From positions 1-64,000 of IMG/VR virus record IMGVR_UViG_3300032896_000001: 64,000 nt of DNA; one strand, written 5' to 3'. Below are positions 45,863 through 56,485 of this stretch, one piece after another. A program made the translations under genes and the position numbers. Source of the DNA: a virus. The notes under the pieces were generated by a model, which saw only the letters and a list, made by a program, of their open reading frames with translations, searched no databases and was not told the origin of the DNA. The number at the start of each line of letters is the position of its first letter. The stretch's first letter is position 1.

Positions 45863-46746
45863 CCGCCTGCACCGGCAGTCCGGCTTGACGTGCACCATGA
45901 TCCCGCCCGGGGTCCGGTGGCAAGGGCCTGCGGGCTGCGGGATGACGTTGCGGAACGGCGTGAAGACGACCGGCTTGTACCGGGGCGCCTCGCCGACCCG
46001 CGCGCCCGCAGCGTAGGCCCAGGTCTTCTCCAGACCCGCGCGCCCGCAGTGACCGCAGGTGTCCTCTTCCTCGGTCACCGTCCAGACGGACCAGCATTCC
46101 CGGCACCGCCACGACTCGCCGACGGCCAGCGTCTCGAGGCGGGGCCGGGATAGGCAGCGGTGGCGGGTGACGGCCTCGTCGCACGTCTTGCACCCGCTGT
46201 CGCCCGTCATCAGCCACCGGTTGCCGAGAGGCGTCCCGCACTCCGGGCAGCACGCCGGGGCCAAGTCGTAGGCGAAGATCCCCGTCTCGTTCTCGCTCAC
46301 GGGTGCAACTCCAGCGTGAAGCCGTGTGCCCGGGGCTCTCGCACGAGCATCCCCTGCCCTCCGGTCATGTCCGCGTCGTCGATGTCCGCGCTTCCGCCCA
46401 GCTTCCGGACCAGCGCGGCGACGATGTACGACGAGTCGACGGCCTCGCGCCGCATCTTCCGGTCTGCGCAGTCAAGGCTCTCCAGCGTCGCAGTCAACTC
46501 CTCGCGCAGCCGCATGACCTCCTGCGCCCATTCCAGCAGCGTGTGGGTTTCCAGGTGCGCCCTGACGACCTCTTCGGCCGCCATGGCGCGGTCGCGGAGG
46601 AACCGCCAGATGTCCGCATCCGAGGTGATCGCCTCGCCTGGTGGCGGCGGCGGGCCGGTCCCCTTCCAGGGGCATGCGGCCAGCGGGCACTCGTAGATCG
46701 TCACCGGCATCGTGACCTCAGCCCGCGGCGGCGTGCTCTCGCTCAT
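45859..46746 (-). other. Two antisense Cys-rich ORFs (starts 46746 and 46300)
   Basis: ORF track 46297-46746 and the 5' part of 45212-46300; 3' end of the second is uncertain. Confidence 0.55.
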
Positions 46747-46786
46747 GCCGTCAATGATGGCGCAAGCCGGGAGGTGGCCTCCTCCC

Positions 46787-47770
46787 GTGCCCTTGACTAC
46801 GCCCTACGTTTCCGTCCAGATGCTGGTTGACGCGCCTACCGGTGTGAGCTGGTCGCTCCTCCCGAAGCCGAAGGCGACTACGGCCCAGAATTACGCCGAG
46901 CTCAATAACTGCCTGTGGCGCGCGACGAGCATGGTGGATACCTACTGCCGGCAGGCGCTCCGCTCCACCCTCGCCGTCGAGTACCTCAACGGCCCCGGCG
47001 TCCCGCGGTGCAACGTCGACCCGAACACCGGCAACGGGGTGCTGCAGACCCGATGGTGGCCGGTCACGGAGATCCTCGCGATCCAGGTTTCCTCCAGCCG
47101 GAACTTCGACAACAACTACACGCCGGTCACCGCAGGGCAGTGGCGCATCCGCCACCCGCTCATCTCGATCGGCGACTCGGCCAGCGCGACGGCCCCCGAC
47201 GGCGGCTGGACGATCGACGTCGCCCCCGGGTGGATCACCTGGTCCGCGTGCGGGCGCGGGCCCGTCCCGGGGTCGTGGTCGGGCGGCGGCGGACGGGGCG
47301 GCACGCTGGTGCAGCTCGCCTACTTCAACGGCTGGCCGCACACCTCGCTCACCGGGGACGCCGAGGCGGGCGATACCGAGATCAACGTCGACGACGTGAC
47401 CGGCTGGACGAACGCGTCCGGGTTCGTGTACGACGGCTCCGCGACCGAGGCCATGTCGGGCGCGTCCGTCGCCGCGACGACCCCGGTCACGCTGCCGTAC
47501 GACGCCGGCACCGCGCAGGCCGGGCCGGGGACGATCACCCTGTCCTCGCCGCTGAACTTCGGCCACCAGGCGGGGACGGTCGTCTCCGCACTGCCGGCCG
47601 ATGTCATCTACGCGACGATCCTCGCCGCGGCGGTGCAGGCGCTCACGGGCGGGACGGACGCGATCACGATCCAGTCGATCGGCGGCGAGCACTCCTCGCC
47701 GCAGCCGACGGCCGACGGGATGACGAAGCAGTACCAGGCGCTCCTGAACGAGTACCGCCGGGTGATGTGA
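46787..47770 (+). CDS. Head-tail connector/adaptor
   Basis: TPYVS...RATSMVDTYC...ALLNEYRRV; position. Confidence 0.7.
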   Translation: MPLTTPYVSVQMLVDAPTGVSWSLLPKPKATTAQNYAELNNCLWRATSMVDTYCRQALRSTLAVEYLNGPGVPRCNVDPNTGNGVLQTRWWPVTEILAIQVSSSRNFDNNYTPVTAGQWRIRHPLISIGDSASATAPDGGWTIDVAPGWITWSACGRGPVPGSWSGGGGRGGTLVQLAYFNGWPHTSLTGDAEAGDTEINVDDVTGWTNASGFVYDGSATEAMSGASVAATTPVTLPYDAGTAQAGPGTITLSSPLNFGHQAGTVVSALPADVIYATILAAAVQALTGGTDAITIQSIGGEHSSPQPTADGMTKQYQALLNEYRRVM

Positions 47771-47779
47771 GGGGGCCGG

Positions 47780-48283
47780 GTGCTCGACAGCGTCCAGTGT
47801 TACGTCCGCGGCATTCTCGACAACCTGCCGATCCCGGTCGCGGGCATCCCGCCTCTGACCGCATGGGTCACGCCCCCGGCGCTCGAGCAGGCGGACGGCC
47901 CGAGGGCTCACGTGTGGGGCGGCACCGTCCCTGTGAGCAGGCAGACGGCGCCGCGCGGCCAGGGTTTCAAGAAGTTCCCGTGGACGATCGACGTCTACCT
48001 TGTGTACCTCACGACCCCGGACGACGGGCTCGCGTCGGAGCCGTTCCCGAAGATCATCGACGCGGTGATGTGGGCGTTCTTCACGACGACGATGCCGTTG
48101 TTCATCAGCGCCGAGGGCGTCCCGATGGGGCCCAATGCGGTGAACGAGACCGACACGCAGATCCAGAAGATAGGCGAGTCGCCGCGCCTGCAGTACCCGC
48201 CGGAGAAGATGGTCGGCCCGATGCAGATGCTCTGGTACACCGCGTTGCTGCAGGTCGACGTCGAGGAGGTCGTCCAAGCGTGA
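47780..48283 (+). CDS. Putative head-tail joining/tail completion protein
   Basis: Position and size. Confidence 0.55.
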   Translation: MLDSVQCYVRGILDNLPIPVAGIPPLTAWVTPPALEQADGPRAHVWGGTVPVSRQTAPRGQGFKKFPWTIDVYLVYLTTPDDGLASEPFPKIIDAVMWAFFTTTMPLFISAEGVPMGPNAVNETDTQIQKIGESPRLQYPPEKMVGPMQMLWYTALLQVDVEEVVQA

Positions 48284-48738
48284 GCATGACCATGACGGTC
48301 TCCGGCGCGGACCGGTCGCTGAAGTTCGACTGGCAGGCCGCGAGCCGGGCGTGGGCGGCGGACGTCGAGCCGCTCGCGTCGAGGGCGGTGAAGATGGCGT
48401 CCCCGGTCGGGGCCGGGCCGACCGCGGGGAAGCTGCGGCAGTCGATCGGCTCCCGCCTCGAGCCCTCTCCGTCGCAGATGTGGGTGGTCCTGTTCGGCAC
48501 CGTCCCGTACCTGCCGTACGTCATCGGGGGCACGAGGGCTCACCCGATCGCCGCGAGGAACGCGAAGGCGCTGCGCTGGCTCGAGAACCGGGGGCACGGG
48601 CCGATCGCGTACGCGAAGAGCGTCCAGCACCCCGGGACCAAGGCCAACGACTTCCCCGAGCGGGCCATCTCGCCGCTGACGAGCCTGATCCTGCAGAGCT
48701 TCGCCGACGCCGCGAGGGAGGCCGTCATTGTCGAGTAA
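48280..48738 (+). CDS. HK97 gp10-like neck/tail protein
   Basis: SPV...GKLRQSI...Y..YV..GT.AH.I...V.HPGTKANDF. Confidence 0.7.
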   Translation: MSMTMTVSGADRSLKFDWQAASRAWAADVEPLASRAVKMASPVGAGPTAGKLRQSIGSRLEPSPSQMWVVLFGTVPYLPYVIGGTRAHPIAARNAKALRWLENRGHGPIAYAKSVQHPGTKANDFPERAISPLTSLILQSFADAAREAVIVE

Positions 48739-48970
48739 CGAACGGGTGCGGCTCCGGTACACCGGAGGCCACCCGACCACGTTCACCCACCACGGCATCG
48801 GCGAGGTAGAACCCGGGGCGGAGTTCGAGGTCCCGGCGGCCGACGCCGGCCGGTACACCCGCAGGGCGGACGTCGAGCCCGTGACGGCCAGCGGCAAGCG
48901 GAAGCCCAAGGGCGCCGCCGCGCAGGCCGACGGCGGCGCGGACGGCGCCGAAGGCGCCGAAGGCGAGTAG
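48728..48970 (+). CDS. Small putative structural protein
   Basis: VRLRYTG...EVEPGAEFEVP. Confidence 0.6.
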   Translation: MSSNERVRLRYTGGHPTTFTHHGIGEVEPGAEFEVPAADAGRYTRRADVEPVTASGKRKPKGAAAQADGGADGAEGAEGE

Positions 48971-49144
48971 CGAGGCGCTAGCCGAGGTGCGCGGCGGACC
49001 AGAACGCCATCGGGACGGCCGCCGCCTCCCCGATGAGCAACCCGGTCACGGCGACTGAGATCGACGCCCGCAGCAGCCCCCGCGCGAACAGCGCGCAGCC
49101 GCCGGGGAACAGGACGGCGGCGAGCGCGAGCTCCCACCATCCGC

Positions 49145-49534
49145 TCACAGCCGTATCACCGCGAAGTCCACCCGCAGGCTGATCGCGCGCTGGACCGCAG
49201 GCTTCACCAACTCCCCGGCGAGCGTGCGGACCAGCGGCGTGAGGCTGCCGTCGAACCGCATCCGCGGGCACTCCGACAGATGCCACCCGGCAGGCTCGAG
49301 CGCCGCCAGGGCGTCCTCCGCCCTCGCCAGCAGCGCCGCCCGGACCCCCCTAGCGGTGGCCGGCATCTCGTCTGCGGCGATGACGACCGACTCGAACTCG
49401 TACGGGCCGAACGGCAGATCGATTCGCAGCGCCGGGCGCCTGATGTCCTCGACGTGCAGCCATGGCCTGACCAGCTCGGCAATCGCCGTGATCTCGCTTG
49501 CTCCCGTGATCTCAGGCCAGCTCACGGCTTCCAC
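49145..49534 (-). CDS. Hypothetical protein (antisense insertion)
   Basis: ORF track; coupled to the DUF6221 gene. Confidence 0.55.
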   Translation of the reverse strand: MEAVSWPEITGASEITAIAELVRPWLHVEDIRRPALRIDLPFGPYEFESVVIAADEMPATARGVRAALLARAEDALAALEPAGWHLSECPRMRFDGSLTPLVRTLAGELVKPAVQRAISLRVDFAVIRL

Positions 49535-49896
49535 CCCGGCTTGTACTCCGGGTGCTTGTCGTAGGCGGACACGAGCGACATGAGCGTCCGGAACGCCAGG
49601 TTGGCGTGTGGCGCCGGGAACGGCGACCCGTACCGGGCATGGCCGGCGTTGAACCCCGGCTGCCTGCTCATGGCCCGCTCGCAGTCGGCGACGATGCGCC
49701 GCTTGGCCGCGATCTCGCGCAGCGTGCGGGCAGGGCGGCCGCAGTTGCAGTCAGGGTCACGGCGAGCCGCGTCCGCCATGTCTTCCGCGTACAAGAGCGC
49801 GTCGCACTGCCCCACGTCGTGGACGGCCCATGCTCGCGCCTCTTCCTCGTCGAGCCTCGCCGCGTAGAACGCCGCGATCTCGCCTGTCTCGTCCAT
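49522..49896 (-). CDS. DUF6221-family protein
   Basis: IAAFYAARLDEEE...PARTLREIAAKRRIV...YDKHPEYKPGWKP. Confidence 0.8.
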   Translation of the reverse strand: MDETGEIAAFYAARLDEEEARAWAVHDVGQCDALLYAEDMADAARRDPDCNCGRPARTLREIAAKRRIVADCERAMSRQPGFNAGHARYGSPFPAPHANLAFRTLMSLVSAYDKHPEYKPGWKP

Positions 49897-49962
49897 GCCG
49901 CCAGCATGCCATTCCCGGCACGCGCCCCGCCCACGCACGCACCAGAGCAAAGGAGGAGCGCC

Positions 49963-50946
49963 GTGGCTTACCCAGCCCTAACAGAGCGCCCAGGATCGCT
50001 GTCCGCCACCGGCTTCGCGGTGGAGACCGACTTCGGGGAAGCGGTCAGCGCGACCACATTTCTCCCCATGACCAGCAACGGGATGGAGTACGACCCGGGC
50101 TGGTTCTCCCCGACGCTGATGATGGGCGACCGGGACAAGCAGGTTTTCAACCTCGAGGGCGAGGCGAAGAACGTCGGGACGATCGAGGGGCCGCTGTTCC
50201 CCTCGAACGCGATCCCGCTGCTGGTCGCGGCGATCGGCACGGACGCGGTGACGGGCTCGTCGCCGTCGTACACGCACACTTTGAGCCAGGCGAACACGCT
50301 CGCGTCGCTGACGGTCGAGAAGAACCTCGGCAACTACCAGAGCCTGCAATTCGCCGGGTGCAGGGTCGGGAAGTTCTCGGTCAAGGCGCCGGTCGGCAAC
50401 GACCCGGTGATGATCAGCGCGGACATGTCCGGGCAGTCGGTGGCGATCCTCACCAGCCCGACCGCGATCAGCGTCACGAACGAGCTGCCGTGGGTGTTCT
50501 CCGAGGCGTCGTTCTCCCTCGGCGGGTCGGCCCGCGCGGACATCACGAACGTGACGCTCGACATCGACAACGGGCTGAAGGAGACCTGGACGTACTCGGG
50601 CGAGCACGGGCCGTCGTTCATCACCCCGGTCAGCCTTCACGTCTCCGGCACCTGCGACGTCGTGTGGACGAGCCTGAACGCGGCGACGTACGGCGACTTC
50701 ACCACGATGCTCGACCAGACCCTCGGGGCGCTGTCGCTCTCGTTCACCCACCCCGGGGGGAGCGGCGCGTCGGTCACGTTCAACTGCCCGCAAGTCGTCC
50801 TGAGCAAGTTTGGGGCAGATCTAAAATTCGACGACGTAATCATGTCGAGCTGGTCCTGGGAGGCGAGCCGCCCGCTAAGCGGCGGCAGCGAGTACACCAT
50901 CCAGGCGGTCGTGGTGAACTCGGTTTCCACCGCCTACACCGGCTGA
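49963..50946 (+). CDS. Major tail (tube) protein
   Basis: RBS AAGGAGGAG; ETDFG, YTHTL, SLTVEK, F.GC.V, IDNGL. Confidence 0.85.
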   Translation: MAYPALTERPGSLSATGFAVETDFGEAVSATTFLPMTSNGMEYDPGWFSPTLMMGDRDKQVFNLEGEAKNVGTIEGPLFPSNAIPLLVAAIGTDAVTGSSPSYTHTLSQANTLASLTVEKNLGNYQSLQFAGCRVGKFSVKAPVGNDPVMISADMSGQSVAILTSPTAISVTNELPWVFSEASFSLGGSARADITNVTLDIDNGLKETWTYSGEHGPSFITPVSLHVSGTCDVVWTSLNAATYGDFTTMLDQTLGALSLSFTHPGGSGASVTFNCPQVVLSKFGADLKFDDVIMSSWSWEASRPLSGGSEYTIQAVVVNSVSTAYTG

Positions 50947-50969
50947 CCTGCGTCTTCCTAGCCATTCTC

Positions 50970-51000
50970 AGCCCCTCGGATAACCGTCCGAGGGCTTTTT
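50970..51000 (+). terminator. Intrinsic terminator/attenuator after the tail tube gene
   Basis: CCCTCGGA-loop-TCCGAGGG followed by a T run. Confidence 0.75.
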
Positions 51001-51028
51001 CATTCCCGCACAAGAAAGGCTTTCCCGC

Positions 51029-51529
51029 GTGGGCTTTCTCGCCGCATCCGGTTACGAGGGCACCGAGGAGATAGACCTCGGCAACGGGTACTGGGTGAAA
51101 ATCAAAAAGTGCATCAGCCACGCCGAGTACCAGCGGGTCCAGGACCACCTCGGCGGCGGCAAGATGAGCGTGAACATGGACGGGAACCGGTTCGCGCAGA
51201 TGGACGTGGGCGCCTCCCAGGTGGAGCTCGTCGCCGCCTCCGTCGTCGACTGGAACCTCGACGACGACAACGGGGAGAAGTGGCCGCTGACCCCGCCGGC
51301 CGCCCTGAAGGCGAGCCTCGCCCGCCTGCCGGCCCCCGCGTTCATGAAGGTCTACAAGGCGTGCGACGAGCTGAACGGCCCCCGCAAGGGGACTGATGCC
51401 GTCAACTTTCCTGACGAGCCTGTCGGCGGCGATACGGATGGGGACGGCGGGGCCTCCGATATTCCAGAAGTTCCTGATGGAGCGGGAATGGTGGACGCAG
51501 CTGGGGATGGCGGGCACGCCGCTTTCTGA
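51029..51529 (+). CDS. Tail assembly chaperone (G)
   Basis: ASVVDWNL.D.NG..WPL; located between tube and tape measure. Confidence 0.8.
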   Translation: MGFLAASGYEGTEEIDLGNGYWVKIKKCISHAEYQRVQDHLGGGKMSVNMDGNRFAQMDVGASQVELVAASVVDWNLDDDNGEKWPLTPPAALKASLARLPAPAFMKVYKACDELNGPRKGTDAVNFPDEPVGGDTDGDGGASDIPEVPDGAGMVDAAGDGGHAAF

Positions 51530-51626
51530 GCGGCCCCACCGGGAAGTCGCCGACTACGAGCTGATCATCGCGATGCTGCGGCGAGACGAGAACGCCCGCG
51601 CCGCGCAGGCGAACAGGCGCAAGTAA
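51407..51626 (+). CDS. Tail assembly chaperone extension (T), reached by a +1 frameshift
   Basis: Overlapping +1 frame with GC-rich third positions beginning at AAC-TTT-C-CTG. Confidence 0.65.
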
Positions 51627-51664
51627 GCCGCACCGGCCCCCCTTACCCCGTCTGGCGGTGAGCG

Positions 51665-54600
51665 GTGGCAGGCGCCGAGAGCTTTACCGTGCTTGCGATC
51701 CTCGAGGCCCGTGATGCGGCCAGCGAGATCTTCGCCAAGATCGACGAGTCTCTCGACAAGTTCGGCGAGACCGCGGCGAAGGCGGCGGAGACCGCCAGGG
51801 GCGCGGGCGACAGCATCGACGAGTCGCTGCTCCACACCGCCTCCGGCGCCGACGCCCTGGACCTCGCGACCGCCCGGGTGGTCGCGACCCAGGAGAAGGC
51901 GACGCGGACGGCGGAGGCGCAGGCCGATGCCGAGCGGGCGCTGCTGGAGGCGTACCGGGCCTCGCAAGGGGCGGCGGACGACGATGTCGCCTCGCAGTAC
52001 CGGCTCCTGGAGGCCCAGCAGCTGCTGACCGCCAAGTCGAAGGAGAACGCGGCGGCGCAGAAGGACCTGAGCGCCGCGCAGAAACTCCAGGCCGACACGG
52101 CCGAGGCGGCGGCCGCGAAGAACGACGAGGCGGCCGCCAGCACGACCGCCGTGAAGGACGCCAGCGAGGCCGGCGGGATCAGCCTCGGCACGATGGGGAA
52201 GGTCGCGGGCATCACCGCCCTGGGCCTCGGGGTCGCGGCGGCGGTCATGGTCAAGGCCGCCGGGAACTTCCAGTCCAGCACCACCCACCTGGTCACTGAC
52301 GCGGGCGAGTCCGCGTCGAAGCTCGCCATGGTGCAGGCCGGGATCCTGAACGTGTCGACGGCGACCGGCACCGCGGCCTCCGACGTCACGACCGCGATGT
52401 ACCACATCGAGTCCGGCGGGATGCACGCCCAGGAGGGGCTGAACGTCCTGAAGGTCGCCGCGGAGGGCGCGAAGGTCGGCAACGCGGACCTCGGCACCGT
52501 GTCCCAGACGCTCGTCGGCACCCTGAACGCCTACTACGGCAGCACGATGAACGCGGGCAACGCGACGCAGCGGTCCACGTCGATGATGAACGAGCTCATC
52601 GCGATCGTCGGGTCCGGCGACATGACGATGCAGCAGCTCGCCTCCTCCATCTCCTCTGTCGCGCCGATCGCGTCGAAGGCCGGCATCAGCCTCGCCCAGG
52701 TCGGCGGCGCGATCGCCACGATGACCAGCCAGAACATGTCCGCCAACCAGGCGACGCAGGATCTCGCGCACACCATCAGCGCCCTGCAGAACCCGTCGTC
52801 GATCCAGACGGCGGAGATGGCTCAGCTCGGCCTGAGCTCGACGAAGGTCAGCCAGAACCTCGGCAAGGAAGGGCTCACCGGGACCATCGCCACGCTGACC
52901 GGCGCGATCACATCGCACATGGGACCGGCCGGCACCGTCCTCATGAACGCCTTCAACCAGAGCAAGACCGCCTCGGCGGACGCGAACACGATGCTGTCGA
53001 AGCTGCCCGCCTCGATCCAGTCGGTCGCCAAGGGGTACCTCGACGGGACGGTCAGCTACAACACCTGGTACGCGGCGACGAAGAGCCTGCCGCTGGTGGC
53101 GCGGACGATGGCGGACCAGTTCGCGTCGACCGCCGGGAAGGCCCACGGGTTCAACAGCATCCTGGCCGCCGGGGGCCCCGCGGCGCAGACCTACAGCGCG
53201 GCGCTGTCGAAGATGATGGGCGGCCAGATGGGCCTCAACACGGCCCTGATGCTGTCCGGGAAGAACCAGGGGACTTTCGACAAGAACGCCGCGACCGCCG
53301 CGAGGGCCGCCGCCGCGGGGGGGTCCGCCGTCCAGAACTGGGCGGCGATCCAGGGGACGTTCAACCAGAAGGTCGACGTCGCGAAGACCGGCATCGAGAA
53401 CACCGGCATCGCGATCGGGACCGCCCTGCTGCCCGCCGTGACGTCGGTCCTGTCGGCGATCACCCGGGTCATCATCCCGATCGCGGAGTGGACCGCCAAG
53501 CACCGGACCCTCACCGAGGTCATCTTCGTCTCGGTGACCGCGATCGCCGCCGTGATCGCGGTCATCGCGATAGCGAAGAAGGCGTTCGACGCCGTGTCCG
53601 GCGCGGTGAAGACCGTGCAGGCCACCCTCAAGGCGCTCGGGATCATCTCCAAGGAGACCGCCGACACGCAGGCCGCCTCGGCCGAGTCCGCCGCGGCGGC
53701 GCAGGAGTCGTCGTCGGCGGAGGCCTCGGCGGCGATGACGGCGGACGCCGAGGAGGTCGCGGCCGCCAACGACGAGGCGGCCGCAGAGTCGTCGGCGTCC
53801 TGGCTGACGGCCGCGACCGAGCAGATCGCCACGGCCGCCGGGTGGGTGGCCGAGCAGGCGGTCAAGGTCGCCTCGGTCGTCGCGTCCAACGTGGCGGCCG
53901 CCGCGACGACCGCGGGGGCGTGGGTCGCTGCGGGGGCGCAGCAGGTCGCCGGGGCGGCCGTGTGGGTGGCGCAGACCGTCGCGAAGGTCGCCGTCATCGT
54001 CGCGAGCAACGTGGCCGGGGCGGCCGTCACCCTGGCGGCGTGGGTCGCGGCGAACGCCGCGATGCTGCTGGGGATCGCCCTGATCGTCGCCGCCGTCGTC
54101 GCGGCGGTCCTGTTGATCGTCAAGTACTGGAAGCAGATCTCGGACGCCGCCAAGGAGGCGTTCGATTTCGTGATCCAGATCGCCGAGACCGTATTCGACT
54201 GGGTGAAGGCGCACTGGCCGCTGCTGCTCGCGATCCTGCTCGGGCCGTTCGCCGTCGCGGCGCTGGAGATCGCCGCCCACTACAAGCAGATCCTCAAGGC
54301 CGTGTCCGACGCGATCGACTGGGTGAAGTCCAACTGGCCGCGCCTGCTGGAAATTCTTACCGAGCCGATCGATTCTGCTGTCACGTGGATAGAACAGAGA
54401 TTCGATCAGATACGGTCCGGGGCGGCGTCCCTCGTCGGCGACCTGGTCCATTTCTTCACCACGCTTCCCTCTCGCATCATCGGCGCCCTCGGCAACGTCG
54501 GCTCGATGCTGTTCGGCGCCGGCGAGAAGATCATCCAGGGGCTCATCAACGGCATCGAGAACATGGTCGGCTCGGTGGGGTCCGCGATCGGGTCGATCGC

Positions 54601-54985
54601 CTCGACCATCAAGTCGTTCCTGCCGTTCTCCCCGGCCAAGCGCGGCCCGCTGTCCGGGGCGGGCGACCCGTCGAACTCCGGCAAGTCGATCGCGAAGAAG
54701 CTCGCGCAGGGGATCACCGCCGGGAAGGGCGAGGTCGCCGCGGCCGCGCACGCGCTCGCCGGGTCGGTGACGACCGGGACGTCCGGGGGCATGGGCGGGC
54801 TCGCGCTCAGCGCCGCCGGCGGCGCGGGCGCGGCGGCCGCGGGCGCGGGGGGCGTGAACCTCACCATCGACCTGCGCGGGGCGTCGATCATGAGCGACAG
54901 CGACGTCAACAACCTGGTGCGCAAGCTCGGGCCGGCCGTTGTGAAGGCTCTGAACCAGGCCGGGATCAAGGTGAGGATGCCTTGA
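51665..54985 (+). CDS. Tape measure protein
   Basis: 1106 aa, Ala/Gly-rich helical, Trp-periodic repeats, C-terminal FLPFSPAKRGPLSG. Confidence 0.95.
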   Translation: MAGAESFTVLAILEARDAASEIFAKIDESLDKFGETAAKAAETARGAGDSIDESLLHTASGADALDLATARVVATQEKATRTAEAQADAERALLEAYRASQGAADDDVASQYRLLEAQQLLTAKSKENAAAQKDLSAAQKLQADTAEAAAAKNDEAAASTTAVKDASEAGGISLGTMGKVAGITALGLGVAAAVMVKAAGNFQSSTTHLVTDAGESASKLAMVQAGILNVSTATGTAASDVTTAMYHIESGGMHAQEGLNVLKVAAEGAKVGNADLGTVSQTLVGTLNAYYGSTMNAGNATQRSTSMMNELIAIVGSGDMTMQQLASSISSVAPIASKAGISLAQVGGAIATMTSQNMSANQATQDLAHTISALQNPSSIQTAEMAQLGLSSTKVSQNLGKEGLTGTIATLTGAITSHMGPAGTVLMNAFNQSKTASADANTMLSKLPASIQSVAKGYLDGTVSYNTWYAATKSLPLVARTMADQFASTAGKAHGFNSILAAGGPAAQTYSAALSKMMGGQMGLNTALMLSGKNQGTFDKNAATAARAAAAGGSAVQNWAAIQGTFNQKVDVAKTGIENTGIAIGTALLPAVTSVLSAITRVIIPIAEWTAKHRTLTEVIFVSVTAIAAVIAVIAIAKKAFDAVSGAVKTVQATLKALGIISKETADTQAASAESAAAAQESSSAEASAAMTADAEEVAAANDEAAAESSASWLTAATEQIATAAGWVAEQAVKVASVVASNVAAAATTAGAWVAAGAQQVAGAAVWVAQTVAKVAVIVASNVAGAAVTLAAWVAANAAMLLGIALIVAAVVAAVLLIVKYWKQISDAAKEAFDFVIQIAETVFDWVKAHWPLLLAILLGPFAVAALEIAAHYKQILKAVSDAIDWVKSNWPRLLEILTEPIDSAVTWIEQRFDQIRSGAASLVGDLVHFFTTLPSRIIGALGNVGSMLFGAGEKIIQGLINGIENMVGSVGSAIGSIASTIKSFLPFSPAKRGPLSGAGDPSNSGKSIAKKLAQGITAGKGEVAAAAHALAGSVTTGTSGGMGGLALSAAGGAGAAAAGAGGVNLTIDLRGASIMSDSDVNNLVRKLGPAVVKALNQAGIKVRMP

Positions 54986-55007
54986 CGCGCAGGGCGGGGG
55001 GGTCTGC

Positions 55008-56390
55008 GTGGTCGCCAGGCCGAACCTGACCCTGACCCTCACCCCTCCGGGCGGCAGCCCGGTCCAGGTTCAGTCGATGCTCGCCTACGAGGGCCACAGC
55101 AACGACTTCACCATCACGCAGAACTTCGGCCGGCAGGGCGACACCGCGTCGTTCCCGCTGGTCGACGAGTACTCGGGGACGCCGAACCTGGCCTATGTCG
55201 AGCCGATGACGCTGGTGTCGCTTTACGACGGGAACTGCTCGCAGACGCTGTTCGCCGGGGTCGTCAGCGACCCGAACCTGTCGCCGACGAGCCCGACCCG
55301 CAACGAGTGGACGCTCAACTGCACCGACTACACCTATTACGCGGACAAAGCGATCGTGCACGGCGTCTACAACGGGCTGACCGCGGACGTGGTGATCGTC
55401 GACCTGGTGGCGCAGGCGAACTGCGGGATCAGCGCCGCGACGGTCGCGGACGGCGGGTTCGTCGCCCCGGGTCCGGTGCTGCCGAACCTGATCCTCAACT
55501 ACGGCAGCCTGAGCGACGCGTGGCGGAAGCTGGCGACCCTCGCCGGGGCGGCGACCCCGTACGGGTGGTACGTCGACCAGAACCGGGCGCTCCACTTCTT
55601 CGACGCGAGCACGGCGATCGACTCCGGGGTGACGGTCACCACGACGCCGACCGTCGGCGGGTCGACGACCCAGTGCCACATGCTGCTCGACAATACGAAC
55701 AATTACGAGTGGGATGGCACATCATTGCACAATAAGGTACTTGTGCAGGGCGCCACCCAGACGATCTCGCAGCCGACGAGCGGGCCCGCCACGGACGTGT
55801 GGCTCGCCGACGGCGCGCAGCAGGCATGGCCGCTCCGCTACACCGTCTCCGGCACCCCGTCGCTGACCGTCGGCGGCGTCAGCCAGACCGTGACGTCGGT
55901 GACGCCCGGGACCGCCTCCCCGTCCGGCTGGTCATGCCAGCAGAACGCGTTCGGCCAGTACTTCCTCTGGTCGTCGACCCCGCCCGGCGCCGGGAACGTC
56001 ATCGAATGCTGGTACTCCTACCAGGTGCCCGTCGTCGCCCAGGCCACCGACTACAGCTCCGTCGCCACCTACAACGGGCCGAACGGCGGGGTCTTCGCCG
56101 AGTTCATCTCCGACACGACCCTCACGACCGCGCCGATGGCATTGGCCCGCGCGCAGCAGGAACGGCAGGAGTACGCGTTCGCCGCCGAGAAGTGCACCTT
56201 CAACACCAGCGAGGACTTCCTCGGCTGGGTGAGGGCCGGCGACACCTTCACCTACGTGAACCAGTTCATCCCCGACTCCGAGCGGTCATGGGCGCTCGGG
56301 GTGAACGACACGTTCATCTGCACCGCGAACACCATCACGTTCGGCACCGGCGGTTATCGCCAAATGCAGCCGACCGGGGTCCGGCTCTGA
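55008..56390 (+). CDS. Minor tail protein (baseplate hub-like)
   Basis: Follows tape measure; GWYVDQNRALHF. Confidence 0.75.
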   Translation: MVARPNLTLTLTPPGGSPVQVQSMLAYEGHSNDFTITQNFGRQGDTASFPLVDEYSGTPNLAYVEPMTLVSLYDGNCSQTLFAGVVSDPNLSPTSPTRNEWTLNCTDYTYYADKAIVHGVYNGLTADVVIVDLVAQANCGISAATVADGGFVAPGPVLPNLILNYGSLSDAWRKLATLAGAATPYGWYVDQNRALHFFDASTAIDSGVTVTTTPTVGGSTTQCHMLLDNTNNYEWDGTSLHNKVLVQGATQTISQPTSGPATDVWLADGAQQAWPLRYTVSGTPSLTVGGVSQTVTSVTPGTASPSGWSCQQNAFGQYFLWSSTPPGAGNVIECWYSYQVPVVAQATDYSSVATYNGPNGGVFAEFISDTTLTTAPMALARAQQERQEYAFAAEKCTFNTSEDFLGWVRAGDTFTYVNQFIPDSERSWALGVNDTFICTANTITFGTGGYRQMQPTGVRL

Positions 56391-56485
56391 CGTGAAGAGC
56401 AAGGGCGGGGCTTAACCGGACGTGACCCGGAGGCGCTCCCGCCGCCCAAGCCACGCCTACATGATAACCGGGGGTGGCCTGACCG

